Assembly (NCBI GenBank): GCA_032718475.1
Contig: JAUCBJ010006718.1
Span: 1-64,000 of the forward strand
DNA length: 64,000 bases
Direction: 5' to 3'
Origin: Nemertoderma westbladi
Lineage: Eukaryota > Animalia > Xenacoelomorpha
The stretch's first letter is position 1. The number at the start of each line of letters is the position of its first letter. The notes under the pieces were generated by a model. It did no database searches and was not told where the DNA came from. It saw only the letters and a program-made list of their open reading frames with translations. Position numbers and translations under genes: made by a program. This document shows positions 38,041 to 52,500 of the stretch, piece after piece.

Positions 38041-38399
38041 ATATCTATTATAGTTTTCCTAAAATATAGTTATAAATATTGACTTGAAATACATAGACTT
38101 TTTTCTAAGTCCGTTGCCATGGAAACCAGATTTTTCCCCCCACCATCCCACACGATGCGCCTCGACGAGTAGTACATACATGCAAAATTTCAGGGTACTT
38201 TTAAAGGCTAGTTTTTTCCGGAATAAAAAAACACCAAATCTGCCTCACACAAGTAAAATAGCCCACTATGAATACACCATCTCAGCTAAGGAAAATCTTT
38301 CTTAGCGAAAGTAGTTGATTTTCCTTAGCTTCGTGGATAAACTATTAAATATATCAATCAATATTAATAACAAACATGTCTAAGTAGGTAATGCATTTG

Positions 38400-41300
38400 G
38401 TTCTGAGTTCAACATTTTTAGTACTAATCCACCTGTATTTTATGATTGAACTTCAAGTGGATATAGTAAACTTATTGGTGCTGTATAATATGGTTTTCGA
38501 CCTACTGTGACATCAGCTGCACGGACACGCTCATCTCGGCCATGGATAAGTTTTGCTATAAGTTTTGCCGACCAAACTTCCAGAAAGCACGAGGTTTATG
38601 AGCTTGATGTATAATCACAATATCTCAATTCTTGATATTGGATTTGTGGTCTTTAATGTTAGTCCAATGTTGACTTTTCATGAAACAAAGATAGTCATCT
38701 AACCAAGATTTCCAAAATTGATCTATCAAACTCTTCCGTAGTTTGTAAAATTGTCTAAGACTGTTTTGAGTTGCACTCAATTGTTCAGATACTTCAGTCT
38801 CATCAGGTAATGAACCTAGGCGACGGCCACAAAGAAGATGATTTGGAGTTAATATGTCAACGTTATCTTCAGTGTCGACATAGGTAAGTGGTCTTGAATT
38901 GAGAACTCCGTCGACTTCTACGAGGATTGTTCTCAGAGCATCAGATGACAATATGGCACGGCACGTCCAATGACTTTGCGGATACATTTCTTGGTTGACT
39001 GAACAAGCCTTTCCCACAGGCCTCCCCACCATGGGGCTAAAGCCACATTAAATTGCCAAGTTATTCTATTTTGGCAACAATATGTTATGACTTCAGGTGA
39101 TTTCATGATTTGTTTATAGTTTCTTTAATGCTCTTTTAAACATGGCACCATTGTCAGACAAGATGCGAATTGGGACTCCTCTTCGAGCTATGAATTGCCT
39201 CAACGAATTTATGAATGTTTCACTTGTGAGATCGTTAAGTAAATCCAGATGAATTGCTCTTGTGCTGGGGCATGTATAAAGGCAAATGTAAACCTTCAAC
39301 GTACTGTCAGTAGACACTTCTGACTTTACATAAAGTGGACCAGCCATGTCAATTCCAACATTGGCGAATGGATAGGACTGATCAACACGAAATGGAAGCA
39401 GGGGTGGAGCTTGAGGTAGTCTGTAAGGGTATCCTTGTATCCTCCTACAAGGTACGCAGCGATGCAAAATTGACTTAACACGTTGTCTACCCTTTGGTAT
39501 CCAGAAACGTGTCCGTAGTTGTATTAGAGTATCTTGAACACCACCATGAATAACTTGATTGTGAGCATCACTGATGATTAATAATGAGCTAAGGTGTGAA
39601 TTTTTTGGCAAAATAATAGGAAATATCTGATCATATTTCAATTGAGCATTTTGAAGACGAGTTTCATACCGCAGAATATCATCTTTATCAAAGAATAACT
39701 TTAGACTATTTAGAAGAGATGGACATTTCCCTTCTTTTGATTTCATGTAGATTAATTCAGTCTTAAATTCATAGATTGAGTTTCTCGAATCCAAAGTTTC
39801 TCGGATGATCGAATTTCAGATCTGGTTATTGGGCCATATGTTTCTTTAGTATTACCTTTAACCTTTGACTTCAAATTATTAATGAATCGAACTACATAGC
39901 ATGTACAGCGAAGTAGTTTAATGTAAGAGTTGAACTTCTCTGAATTTATCACTGAATTAATTGATGGTTTTGTTGGTTCTATAATGTCGTTTGTTGCAAC
40001 AACAACTAATGTTGTTTGAAGTAGATGTTGTTCTTGTATTTCTATCTTTTTAGTGGAAGGCCATTCAGAAGCTGGGTTTAGTATCCATGATGGGCCATAC
40101 CACCACATACTACAATCACGAAATTTTTCGTGTGAAATTGGACGAGTTGCCACATCTGCTGGATTACTAGTTCCAGGAACATGATTCCAAATATTTGGTT
40201 GAGTTAAGGATCGGTTTTCGCGGACCTTATTTTCGATAAATGGTTTGAACTCCTTGGTTGTATTGCAAATCCAACAAATTACATTTTGAGAGTCAGACCA
40301 ACAAAAAACTTAGGCGTGAGTTTGAGTGGTAGCAAAGAATCAAGAACTGTGTTCAGCAAGCGAGCTGCCAAAACTGCAGCCAATAGTTCTAGACGGGGCA
40401 TTGATGGGGGCTTAGATGAAGACTTCGATGAAGATTGTTCCTTCAAAGGTGCGACTCGAGACTTTGCAACCACTAGTGTAGATTGGGGGGTTTGATTTGG
40501 TTTCCGCAGACACAAGCAAATACACGCTGCATATGCCTTTTTAGATGCATCCCCGAATGCATGTAACTCTCCATACTCTACTAAATAAGAAACAAATGCA
40601 TTTGAATCTGGAAAGTAAATCCTTGGAATGGTAATATCATTTAATGATGCAAGGTTATAAATTAAAGATTTACACCTTTTGTTTAAATCTGGTGACAATA
40701 CACTGTCCCAGTTGAATCCAATAAGTTCTTGAAATAACACCTTTAACTGTGTGACAATGGGACTAAAAATACCCATTGGATCAAAGATGCGGCCAGTTAT
40801 CTTGAGTATACTACGTTTAGTAGGTGGGAGTATGTCAATTAACTGAAGGATATTTCTAAATGAGTATTTGAAATCATCTTGCATTGGTGACCACTCAATG
40901 CCTAAACCTTTATGTAGCTATTGTCAGTGTTCATTTGATTGAGTGTAAACGAATGGGAGGAAAGTGAATTTGTTGGGACTTGAGGTGGCTTGTGGACGCT
41001 ATCAATCGATTGTTCACACTCATGTATAATGTGTTTTGCTGGGAGAGAATTTGATTCCCAGGACCTAAGATTAAATCCAACTCTCAAGAGCATAGTCTTT
41101 GTATAATAATACAATGATAATATTTCGTTGACTGTGTCTGCCCCTGTTTGCAAGTTGTCAACATACAAATCATTGCCTAGTACATTGATTGCAGTACTAG
41201 TAGCATCATTGACATGTGTTGATTTGTTTTCCTCAGATAAATGATGACTAACAGTACCATGTAATAAGAAAGGGGATGGGTTTAATCCAAATGGAACTCT

Positions 41301-44300
41301 GCACCACCGATAAACCTTGACAGTATCTGACAGTATGACAGTCTGCATCTGCATCCATAAAAACCTTAAAGCATCACGATGTTCAGAGTTGACTGAAACC
41401 ATAAAAAAAACTTTTTCAATATCTGCCAACAGCACATACTGATACAAGCGAAAGCGAATCATAATCGAAACAATATTTGATACCAGAGAAGGGCCAGTAA
41501 CAATGTGTCATTGAGTGATAAATCTTGTTTTGAGTCTCTGGCACTACCATCAAATACTATTCGCAGCTTTGTTGTGTTGTGATCTTCCCTTATAACACAA
41601 TGATGAGGGATATAATGAGTGATGCCACATGATTCACTTGGGTCATTAACTTCTTCAATAAAACCGCGTTTACAGTAGTCACTCAGAACCTCACTGTAAC
41701 GATGATAAAGTGCGGGGTTGCGTAAGAAACGTTTTTAACCAATGATTGGAGACGTCCAAGTGAAAGTGAGTAGTGATTTTGAAGTGGCGCTACATTGTCT
41801 TTCCATGGCAAGTTTACTGAGTATCGCCCATTTTCAAACATGATTTCCTTACAAAAATTGCTATGAACATGATCAGGAGTTGAAACTCCAGTTGATTCCA
41901 ATTCGCAAAATGTCTTGAGAATCTTTGTTAATTCTCTTGTACAATCACAGGTATCATTGCTAGCAACTAAGGCTGTATTTTCTGTCGACATATTTTCGGA
42001 TTCTTCTATTGGTCCTGTTAACAACCAACCAAAGACAGATTTTGTAGCAACAGGCTGATGACTTAGATGCCCCTTGCGGACATTTCCAGCATCAACAAGA
42101 TTGTTGTACAAATCTGCCCCAATGAGAACACCAATCTCTTTATGCGAACTGCAAAAGTCATCTGCAAGGTTAACCCTATTAAACCCGGGGGGGGGGTCAA
42201 TATGACCCCCCCCCGTGGTTTTTTTATTATAATTCTGAAACAAACGCAGTTGGGAATCTGAAATTTTATGACTTTTCCTAAAAATCTATTGTATTCCTAG
42301 TAGTGAAAACCGTTTTCAAAAATATTGGGTACTTTTCGAGTTATAGCACCATTTTTTAACCCTACTTTTGGCACTTTTTTTGAGACGTTTTTTGAAAATT
42401 ACATTTCATTAAATATGAATTGTAACATCTCTAATTTTGATTTACACCGGTTTTTTGGTGTTAGAAATTTGATGGAACTCATATCAATTGATTTAGAAAT
42501 TTCAAACTTGTATTTTTCGGCGGGTACCAAATTTTGGTGCCAGCACCAAATTTTGAAATAAGTCAATTTTGTAAATTGAACGTTTGAAACTTGTTTTTTA
42601 CGAAATTGGGGTTTTTTGGGTTTCTGGATTCGATGAAATATATACGAGTTGCACCAAGCGTATCAAACTTGTATTTTTCGGTGCTGTGTGCAAATTTTGG
42701 TGCTAGCACGAAATTTTGAAAATCCATTCAATAGATAAAATTGCTTGTGACAATTTATTTCTTGCGTTTTAGAGGTTTATGGCTGTTCTGAATTCAATGG
42801 AAAATATAATTATCGAACTAGACATCTCAACCTTGTATTTTTCGGATGTGGGTGCAAAATGTGGTGCTAGCACCAAATTTTGAAAACCATCAAATATATC
42901 AATTGATTGTGTCACCTTGTTTCTTGCGTTATACGGGTTTGTGATGGTTCTGAATTCAATGGAATCAGTAAAAATTTCAGAAGAGTTCTCAAACTTGTAT
43001 TTTTCGCCGGTGGGTGAAAATTGTTGTGCCAGCACCAAATTTTGGAAAATATGCAAATTGATAAGTAGATAGTATCACCTTGTTTCTTGCGTTATACGGG
43101 TTTATGAGGGTCCTGAATCCGATGGAATCAATAAAAACTGCACTGGACATCGCAAACTTGTACTTTTTGGTGATGGGTACGAAATTTGGTGCTAGCACCA
43201 AAATTTGAAAAATTACGCCGAAAAACACAAGTAGCAATGATCTAGCATATTAGAAATGTATTCCATTAGAATCAGCGCCCTCGAAAACCTGAAAATGTGA
43301 ATTTATAGCATCGTAAAAGTGAATTAAAAATTTTGTGTTCTAACTGAAAAGTGCTGGTTACTTGTTTTTTTCATTTTTTTCCTACGCAGAGAGGACTAAA
43401 CAGCCATTTATAGTAATCATATCATTTTTTAATATTTTCCAATGTATTTTGCACCCCAGAAAACCTGTATTGAAAAATAATTAGCCGAAAATGTAACTTT
43501 CAAATTTGGTGAAAATTGTGCACTACTTGTAATTTTGGTGCTGCAATATAACCACCCCAGTACATTTTTTCGAAAATTTTTTTTTTCGGTCGGATCCAGA
43601 CAAGTGACACCTACGTACAAACAAAAAATCAGACGTTTTCGTAAATATTTGTAGATTTTAGAGGGGGGGGTCAATATGACCCCCTCCCGGTATTTGTACA
43701 ACATTTTATAGCCCGGTACTAATAGGGTTAAGGTTGCGAATATGACTGTATTGTTGTGTTTGGCACTCCTGTGGACCAAATGGAAGGCAAATAAATGGAA
43801 AAGGTTGGCCTCTACCACAATATTTGCTGTCCCTTTTATTAAATTGAACTTAACTAAATTGCATTCAATTCTTTTCGGCATCCTTGACAAAAATGAACTA
43901 ACGTGAATGAAACCTTTTCCAACTACTTCAAGATCAAGTTCGTTGCAGACTTTATCTGTAATATAACTTCGATGTAACCCTTTATCAAATAGAACACAAT
44001 CATGAAGCTCCCTTTTATTCTTGGGATTGTAACATTTCAGTGTTGCTGTTTCCAATAAAATTGAAACAGTTGTTTGAGTGGCGTGCTCTTGTTCATTGAA
44101 CATATGTGAATGTCGAGTTATCGACGTTTGTGTTGTCTCACAAAATACCATATTGACAACACCTTGACTAGGGTGGGCAATTGCACTTGAATTTATTTGT
44201 GAGACTTGTGATTGTGGTTGAGCACTTAATGATGCCGAATTGTGATTCAACTGAATTGCTGTGTCCGACATTCCAGTTGTCGAATTCGAATTGCTATGGA

Positions 44301-45560
44301 CAATGGCAGCATTACTGAATGACTTGCTACTGAAACACTGTTTATCTGCCTTGGGACAATTTGGTTTGAAATGGTTTTTGGATAAATAAATGAAACAACA
44401 TTTTTCACTAGTGAGTTTTTCTCGCCTGGATTTGACATCTCTTATTGAATTGCATGATGAAGAATAATGATTGCCATTGCAAAATATGCAACTTATTTTG
44501 GGCTTTATAGCAACAAGTGCAGCAGTTGTAGGAACCATAGAAGAAACAGATGTGGATATCCTTTGCTTGAAATTATCGTAAGTAGTGTTACTTGCCAGTT
44601 TGTGTTGAGCATGAGTCTTCAATTCCAACTCACATAGTGTCCTAGTTTGTAATTCTGTCTGCATGTACTCTAGAAGCCACTCAATGCCGATTGTATTGAA
44701 GTTTGGTTTCTTTCGCATTATCAACCTGAATGATATTGGAAGTTTACTCATTACAACAAGTTTAAGCAAGACTTCATAGCTAGTTGGGTTCACATTAAGT
44801 GATTCCAATTGTCTAATGGTGGACTTATATTTTTCATGCAGTAATTGTACTTCTTTCATGTTCATTGTGGAGACTGGCTGATAAGTTAAAAATATTTCCA
44901 TGAGTTTGTAAGAAATTGCTTCTGCATTACCAAAACGTGATTCTATAATGTCCCATACGTGCGAATAATTTGCTGCGTTCAAAGGAATCCCAGCAATAGA
45001 CTCTTTGGCTGCGCCATGAAGTTGTCCTAACAAAATTACAAATTTATCAACGCTGGAAATTTTGGGATTATTTGGAACGGAACTCTGAAATGTATCAAGA
45101 AATTCTATCCATTGCAATAGATCACCTGAGAATTTTGGTAATGTGCCGGTTGATAGTGTTGTGTGTGCCCGGAATTGTGATGAATCTAATGGGTTATAGT
45201 GACTATCAAGAGATTGTGATGATATATTTACTGCCGAAGTAGATTTAATGGACTCAAGAAATTTTTCTATCTTTTTTATTGCGTGACTTCCCTCATATTG
45301 ACGGCTTTCACATTCTATAACATCCTTTTCAATAGTATCTGGTGAAATATAACTTTGGTAATCCTCATAATTTTCCTAACCAATTTAAAACATCAAAAAT
45401 GTTATCACGCAACACCTCTAGTTCTATAGGATCCTTCTCAATCACTAACAATAGTGTATTAGTTTGTGAAATTCATCGAGTTAAATATCCCCGTTTCCCT
45501 GCACGTTGTGACTTTAATTGCTCCATACAGTATTTATATTTTGTTGATCCAATAATTTGA
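38400..45560 (-). pseudogene. pol: BEL gag-pol (gag, PR, RT, RNase H, integrase), many frameshifts
   Basis: WIEFLDTF/CIFCNGNH gag; RVPFG and LYVDNL RT; LHAFGDASKKAYA and RLELLAA RNase H; HHCC, GIDMAGP, SDNG, LNSRPL integrase. Confidence 0.92.
42174..43727 (-). mobile_element. Non-autonomous piggyBac-type DNA transposon, copy 2 (inverted)
   Basis: TTAA TSD 42170-42173 and 43728-43731; reverse complement of 6830-8419. Confidence 0.92.
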
Positions 45561-45916
45561 TTTTGAGAAAATTTGATTTTAGGCTACGAATTTAAATCCC
45601 TATACAAATATTGTAACTATAAATTGTGCAATTAATCAATACTGTCAAATATTGAACTCGATATCAAATAAATACAGTATTTATATAAGATACAAGAAAA
45701 TGAGCAGTTAAATCTTCTTACAATAATAGTTACTTTGGTTCGATCTTACCGCAATGTCCGAGGTAATTTGAGTTCAACTGACGGCGATAACAATACAGCG
45801 GCTGCTTCTTCAGTGAATTGATCAAAGCGAGTTATTGTGTAAATGTTCACAACTTGAAGAAATCAACATCGAAACATTGTTGTCTCGTTGAATGAAATAC
45901 CGTAGGATAGTCTGTT

Positions 45917-45933
45917 TCTCTCTGAAGGCTCCA
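45917..45933 (-). promoter_or_regulatory. tRNA primer-binding site
   Basis: TGGAGCCTTCAGAGAGA 2 nt after the 5' LTR; tRNA identity not determined. Confidence 0.75.
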
Positions 45934-46271
45934 CTTGTTGGGGTTCCCGAAGGATTGATAAAGAGTTTTTAGTATAAGATGTCGAATATAATAACAATAA
46001 TCATATAGTATATGTAATATATAAAAAGAGCTATTCCTACAGTATAAGTATACATCAACAAAAAACAACAACAATGAATATCAAAAGAGTAAATGGTAAA
46101 GAGTAAACCTCAATAGATAAATCAGCTGTTAATTAATGTAACAATGTGACAAATATAATACTTTAAAGTAAGCCTATGTAATGGTAAATTGCCAACTAAT
46201 AATCATGATAATATAATGTTTCGAAAAAGTATGGGAAGAATATTTATAAAAGCTAATATAAATCTCCAACA

Positions 46272-47245
46272 TCATGGTCCAAACAGTGGCAAATAAATTT
46301 CATTATTAAGAAATGCAATGTAGTTCAAATTCAGGCCTCACAGGTACCACACGAAAAAAGGAGCTATTATATGGTTGGTGCTGAACTATCTAATTCAAAA
46401 GAATCGCAAGAACTTGGTATAATAGTATCACCCGATCTTCCCTTCAGTGAGCATGTGGCACAAATATCTGCCAAAGCGAGAAATGTCTGCTGTCAGATCC
46501 GAAGAGCATTTGGTCATCGTAATGCAACCTTCCAATGGAGGTTGTATTGTACCTACGCCAGGCCTACAATTGAACATAACAGTTCGATATGGAGTCCCTA
46601 TCTTGATAAGATATAAACATATTGGAACGTACCCAGCACTCCTTTAGCCGTTATCTTCCCAGTATGTTTGGTCTCAGCTGTAAAAATAGATTAGATAAGC
46701 TTGATGCGAAGCCTCTGGAATATCGCAGGATCTTCATTGACCTGGTCAAAAAATGTTCAAGATTATAAAAGGTCTGAGTTACCTTAGTGACAAGAATATC
46801 TTTCAGCTGATTTCGTGATCAACCAGGGAAAATGGCTGTAAGATCTTTCTGCCACATTCAATCAACTGTATCTACCAGAACCATTTTTGCATTTCGGCGC
46901 GTGTCTGTCTGGAACGTTCTACCATCCAGGGTGGTCTCCACTCCCAGCATGACGTCCTTCAAGTCTCAACGTTCTAAGGTGAACCTTCTACCTTACTGTA
47001 ATGCCCCCTCCCAACACACTCTCGTAAAACTAAGATTTGATCCACACTCCACACTCTTATACTATTGTGATAACAATAAATTGTATTTTATATCCAGAAT
47101 TCATCATGTTTTATTTGTTTTAGCTTGATTTTATTTAGTGCTTATTTTACTCTGTGGTGCCCCACGCACAGATGAGTGCATTTTTTATTTATATTTTAAA
47201 CTCCTGATTCGCCATTATTAAATAAATGTTTAATGTTCAATGTTA
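46272..47245 (+). pseudogene. Decayed CR1-like LINE, 3' part and tail
   Basis: SWSKQWQINF, LYCTYARPTIEHNSSIWSPY, FAFRRVSVWNVLP; aaataaatgtttaatgttcaatgtt tail. Confidence 0.85.
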
Positions 47246-49543
47246 GAATCATAGGTCACCAGCTAAGCTACTGATACATACAATGATAGAAGAACATAAA
47301 CCTAACCTAACCAAAACTAGTCGCTCAACCATTTATGTTCACTGTTTAGGATCTAATATCTAATGTCTAAAACTAAAACTAAATTATAGATTTTCGATAG
47401 TGGATTAGTATTGTGGAGTTCTCCTTATATTCAATTATTTACAATTAATTTTACATGTAAAAAATATAATTATAGTTTTTCTTGCACAACCAGTGGGATA
47501 AATCCATCCACAGTATTGGTACTTTAAAATGCCAATTAAATAAAATCATTGACGTTTTATTAACTTTGAATATATTAACAGTAGGATATTTAAATCGAAA
47601 TTATGAACCGTTTTTTATAAAATAATTGCAGAAAACATCATCATTTTGATTGATAGAACGTGTGAGAGTGAGTAATTATGTATTTATTTTATAATAAATA
47701 ATTAATATATAATTGAAACTTGAATATATGACAATATATAAAATATATTGTGACGGGATCTCGTTTGGCGAGAGATACCGACCAGTTGACTTGGTGGTGT
47801 TCATTCCTACACGAATTCTGGCTGACTGATTGATGGACTGACTTGGCCATAGGCTGGTGAATAAAGAGTTTGTCTGTTGAACTTTGTTGTTGTTAATCAA
47901 TTGACTTTAGACTGATGAATATTTACCGGTAGTAGTAATAGCACAGTGTAGAGGTGGAAACTATTTCACCTCTACCATAATGAGTAAAATGCCAATTGGT
48001 TGCACTAGGCTGACTAGGCTGACATTTTGTTGGCCCTCCAAGAGTGTTTGAGCTCCTTGAGCGTTTGTTTTAGCTTCTGGAGCTTTATTTCCACCATATT
48101 CTCCTGTTATTCGGCAAGGGCACCTTTGGTTCTTTCCATACCATACCTATCATATATACTTACCATACCATATCAACCTTTTCACACTTTCCTCCACCTG
48201 TTTATATCCTCCATGGACGTCCCCACCCCAACTTCTTTGTCTTTCGAAGTCCTGTCTTAACAGTTTCTTTAGTTGATCTTCTGCACCCTCTTCCTCCAGG
48301 TTCCTCATCGTCCCTGCGAGCATGCATCCCGATGTTTCTGATATGGTGAATGGGATTTTGATCTTGATGGGTCCACTTAACATCCATCCAAATGGTGTCA
48401 GGATTGCCATCGGATCTCGCTCTCTATAATCACCAAATATGCTCTCTAGCCCTTCGTGGGCCATCAGGCAGATCATTCCGACTATCAGCAATACTTTCGG
48501 AAAGTATAGGTTCAGTGTCGAGAGATCAATTGAGTCCAAATTCCAGTATTGTTCTACCTCGATCTGGATGGTCGTATAGCATTGATGTTAATGGACTCGG
48601 TTATTTGAATGGGCTCAATCGTTGTCCCATAGTTACAGCCTGATTCTATGGCTCCTATCTTGCATCTCCCAGTTCTCATAGGGATGACTTTATCCTTCAC
48701 CAACATGGTTGTTACCACCATAATACTTGGCTATGTTTTCAGCTGGGGTCTATCGGCTACCGAATTATCCGTTAGTGTGAATGCTGCCCTAATGTTGATC
48801 AACATTAGGGTGGTTACTGACAGTACATTTTCCCCGAACATTCTTACCAGTACTACTCCAAGTAGAACTGTCCCTCTCCATTTAAAGTCTATTATTGTAC
48901 TTGACATTGTTTGGACTCCACCTTCACTTGCATACTTCCGAGCTTGTTCTTGACACCTGTTCTTTCTATGCCCTAGAAGCATCTCAGTCCTGTTTTAACA
49001 AAATCTGCCACTGTTCAACAGTCAATCATCTTATGCGTTCCCTTTCTGTACAGCTGACACTAGCAATTTGACACTTGTGACTCTCTGTATAGCGTTTTGC
49101 GTATTTCGTCCAGGTCCGACTCAGTTGGTTTATTGTTTTGGTTGTATGTGTCCTGTGTCTATGTTTCCTCTATAGCCACTGTAGTTATTCTTTCTTTGGC
49201 CCTGCCCCAGAGTGCTTTTGCTTTAAGGGCATTGTGGACTTGTTGTCCCCTTCACGGTCACATATGTCAATGATTGCCTCACTTTTGGAAGTGTGCTTAC
49301 TGCACTGTGTTCCTGTTTTGGTTGGCTGTAATCCGGCCTAGATACTTTGCTGAGATGGTCCTTGCTATACACTGGCTCTGTAAATTAGTTCCGCTTCATA
49401 TGTTAAGAAGTTCGACATCTCCTCCAATTCCGGTTCTGTTCCTTATTCACATTGAGAAAGCTATCTTCCTCCATTTATTTCTCAGCAATATCAGTAGTGC
49501 CTGCACTATCTTGGCGTTGTTATTCCAAGCATTGAGTTCGAAT

Positions 49544-52500
49544 AGTATTATTATTAGTCAACACTCCTTTATTACATCATATTATAACTATTTGTTGCAC
49601 GTGAAGTAAGATAAAACATAATTAGTGGAGGGAGAAAAACCACCCAGGCGTATCAGCGCTTACGGGGGTTAATAAAAAACAAAATTTAAAATTACTAAAC
49701 ATTAAAATTTACATCAGCTTAAAAAAAAAAATTAAAAAGAAATACGAATAAAATGAACTGTACATACCGTAGAACCCAGAAACGTTTATTACGAGCGACC
49801 GATTAGTGGTCGATTAAATTTGCAAATTGGTAGGAAATCGTGGTTCTTGAGCTTGGTTGCAAAACTGACAAGTCTTCTGGAATCTACTATATCTTCTGGC
49901 AAATCATTCCAGACTGGCACAACACGGCTGGTAAATGAGTTTTTAGATATAATTAATCTACATCTAGGTACATTTAACTTGTGAGAGTGGCCACGCAGAC
50001 CCGGACGGTTAGTATAGCTAAATAGCGCACCAAAATCTAAATCAACTAAATTTCTCTCTATACTGAAAAGTAACTTTAGATCAAAAATATATCGTCGGAC
50101 TTCCAGCGGTTGTAAATTAAGGTGTTGTATTCTATGTATGTACGGTTTGTAACTAATATTGCAACGGCTATACAATCTACGTGTAAAATATCGCTGGACA
50201 CTCTCCACAAGATCAATACTGCCTAATGAAAAAGGCGACCATACTGGTGTACAGTATTCTAGAATCGGTCTAACGTATGATTTATAGGCTGTTAATATTG
50301 CACCTTTATTGCTAGTCTTAAAGCAACGAAATATCATATTAGTTATGTTAAAAGCCTTTGTACACTGTTGTTTACAGTATTTATCAAACTTCAAATCCAC
50401 AGATATAATAATACCTAAATCTTTACATTTCGTCACCTTCTTTATCACTTTATTGCCTAGCACATAATTGTAATTATTATTATTTGCACCTATATGTAGA
50501 ACCATACATTTATCCGGGGATATATTTAGCTGCCAAAGGTTGGCCCAGGTCTCTAACCTAGAGAGGCTAGCGTTCAGACTATGACTTTCATTGGACGGAC
50601 CATATAGCTTGACATCATCGGCAAATAAACGGCAGGACACGTTATCCCTGTCCAAAAGCGGTGGTAAGTCGTTTATGTATATCAGGAACAAAACCGGTCC
50701 GAGGACACTGCCCTGTATTGTTCCGGATACGACCCGACAGTAGTCGGAATATTTATCTCCAACAACTATTATTTGGGTTCTGTTACTGAGAAATGCCGAT
50801 AGCCAAGATAATAGGTCGCCCGAAATCCCATAACTAGACAATTTAATCAATAGCTTTGAATGTATAATAGAATCAAAAGCCTTGGCATAGTCTATGTATA
50901 TCACATCAAAGGATTTCTTACGGTCTAGAAAATTGCACCAATCTTTTACACATTCAATAAGTTGAGAACAAGTAGAGCGTTTTTTTAAAAAGCCGTGTTG
51001 TGCCTTACATATTAAACCATGTTTAAACAAATAATTTACTATTTCAATCTTTATACACGATTCCATTAATTTGCACGCTACACATGTTAATGAGACTGGC
51101 CTGTAATTGTACGGGTCTGACGGATTTCCCTTTTTGTATATCGGAATGACATTGGCTGTAAGCCATATCGTCGGTAACGCGTGATATTCAAAAGAAATTT
51201 TGAAAAGTGCCGATAATGGTGCCGCAATGCAGCAAGACAAATTTGCGAAGAGAATGTTCGGTAATCCGTCAGGTGTATGGCTGGTCTTTTTTTTAAGTTT
51301 CCTAAGCATAGCATATACTGTAACGGGACAGAAATCAACTTTTGATAAATTGGTTCTAGAATCAATCCTACGTTTAAAACTAGGTATATTATCATTATCT
51401 AAATTAAAATTTTCGCTTAATACTTCAGCGAAAATACGGGCTTTTATCAAATCATCTACCACTAAATCCCCCTTATGTTTCAGAGGGGCAATTCCCGACT
51501 TTCCTTTACGCTTGGAATTAACATAATTGAAAAGGGTACTCTTATTTTCGGAAGATAAAATTCTATTCTCCTTTATGCAAGCCGCACGGAAGATTTCCTT
51601 AGAAACTTCTTTAGCACATTGATCATATGCTATTTTGCCCCCGGTTGTGTGCCGGCGACGCCACAGCTGTTTCTTTTTGCGCTGTAAAACACGAATATGT
51701 TCGGGGTGGGGTTTGATGACTGATTTAAATTGTTTAAAAGGCACAAACTGATCAATACCCGTTTTTAGTTTACAAGAAAAAGCATTCCAAAAATCATCTA
51801 CTGTATTACACGTTAGATATAAATTAGACCAATCGCAACTGTCGATGTAGTTAGTAAAATCTGCGTAATCAGCATGTTTAAAATCGTAAAATCCGTGGCA
51901 TTCCCGGTTCTCGGTGGAAACTGGATTAGGTCCTAAAAGATTAAAAGTAACTGTACTATGGTCGCTAGTTGCGAATGGTACCGTAACTGCAATGTTAGAA
52001 ATATATAATTGATCTGTGGTAAACACTAAATCTAACACGTTATTGCCACGTGTAGGGCTGAACTGGAGCTGAGATAAACCAGCTTCCAAAACAAACGTTG
52101 AAAACACATTATATATATCTGTGTCGGGAAATTCAGATTCTTCCCATTTAACTAAAGGTAAATTAAAATCGCCAATAATAGTACACGGCGTTTCAATGTC
52201 GCATAATTTCGCTAACAAATTGCACAATATAGAATCAGAAGGTAAGTTAGGTCGGGGATGATAGACACTGATTATACGAGACGGGTTTTTACCTAAAAGA
52301 TCAACAGCCACTACATCGGCCTCTGTAGCCAGACATTCAGTATCGAAACTTTCCACTTTGCGACATTTAATGCTGTTTCGAATTAGCAGCGCTGCACCGC
52401 CACCAATTTTACCAATTCTGTCATTTCTAAAAACATCATATTTATTTTCACCGTTTATCATTTGGTCCGTCACAGAATCACGTAGCCATGATTCTGTCAC

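Larger units (their letters stand above)
37029..38340 (-). mobile_element. Non-autonomous Helentron/HINE-like element
   Basis: Subterminal inverted repeat ccacgaagctaaggaaaa (37060, 38336), extra inverted copy agctaaggaaaatc at 38284, terminal hairpin catttcc-taaa-ggaaatg and CTAGT end, no TSD, T-rich site. Confidence 0.7.
36565..46271 (-). mobile_element. Decayed full-length BEL/Pao LTR retrotransposon
   Basis: LTRs 36565-36932 and 45936-46271 (TGTTGG...CCAACA), TSD TCATG (36560-36564, 46272-46276), PBS and purine tract (36933-36942). Confidence 0.95.
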
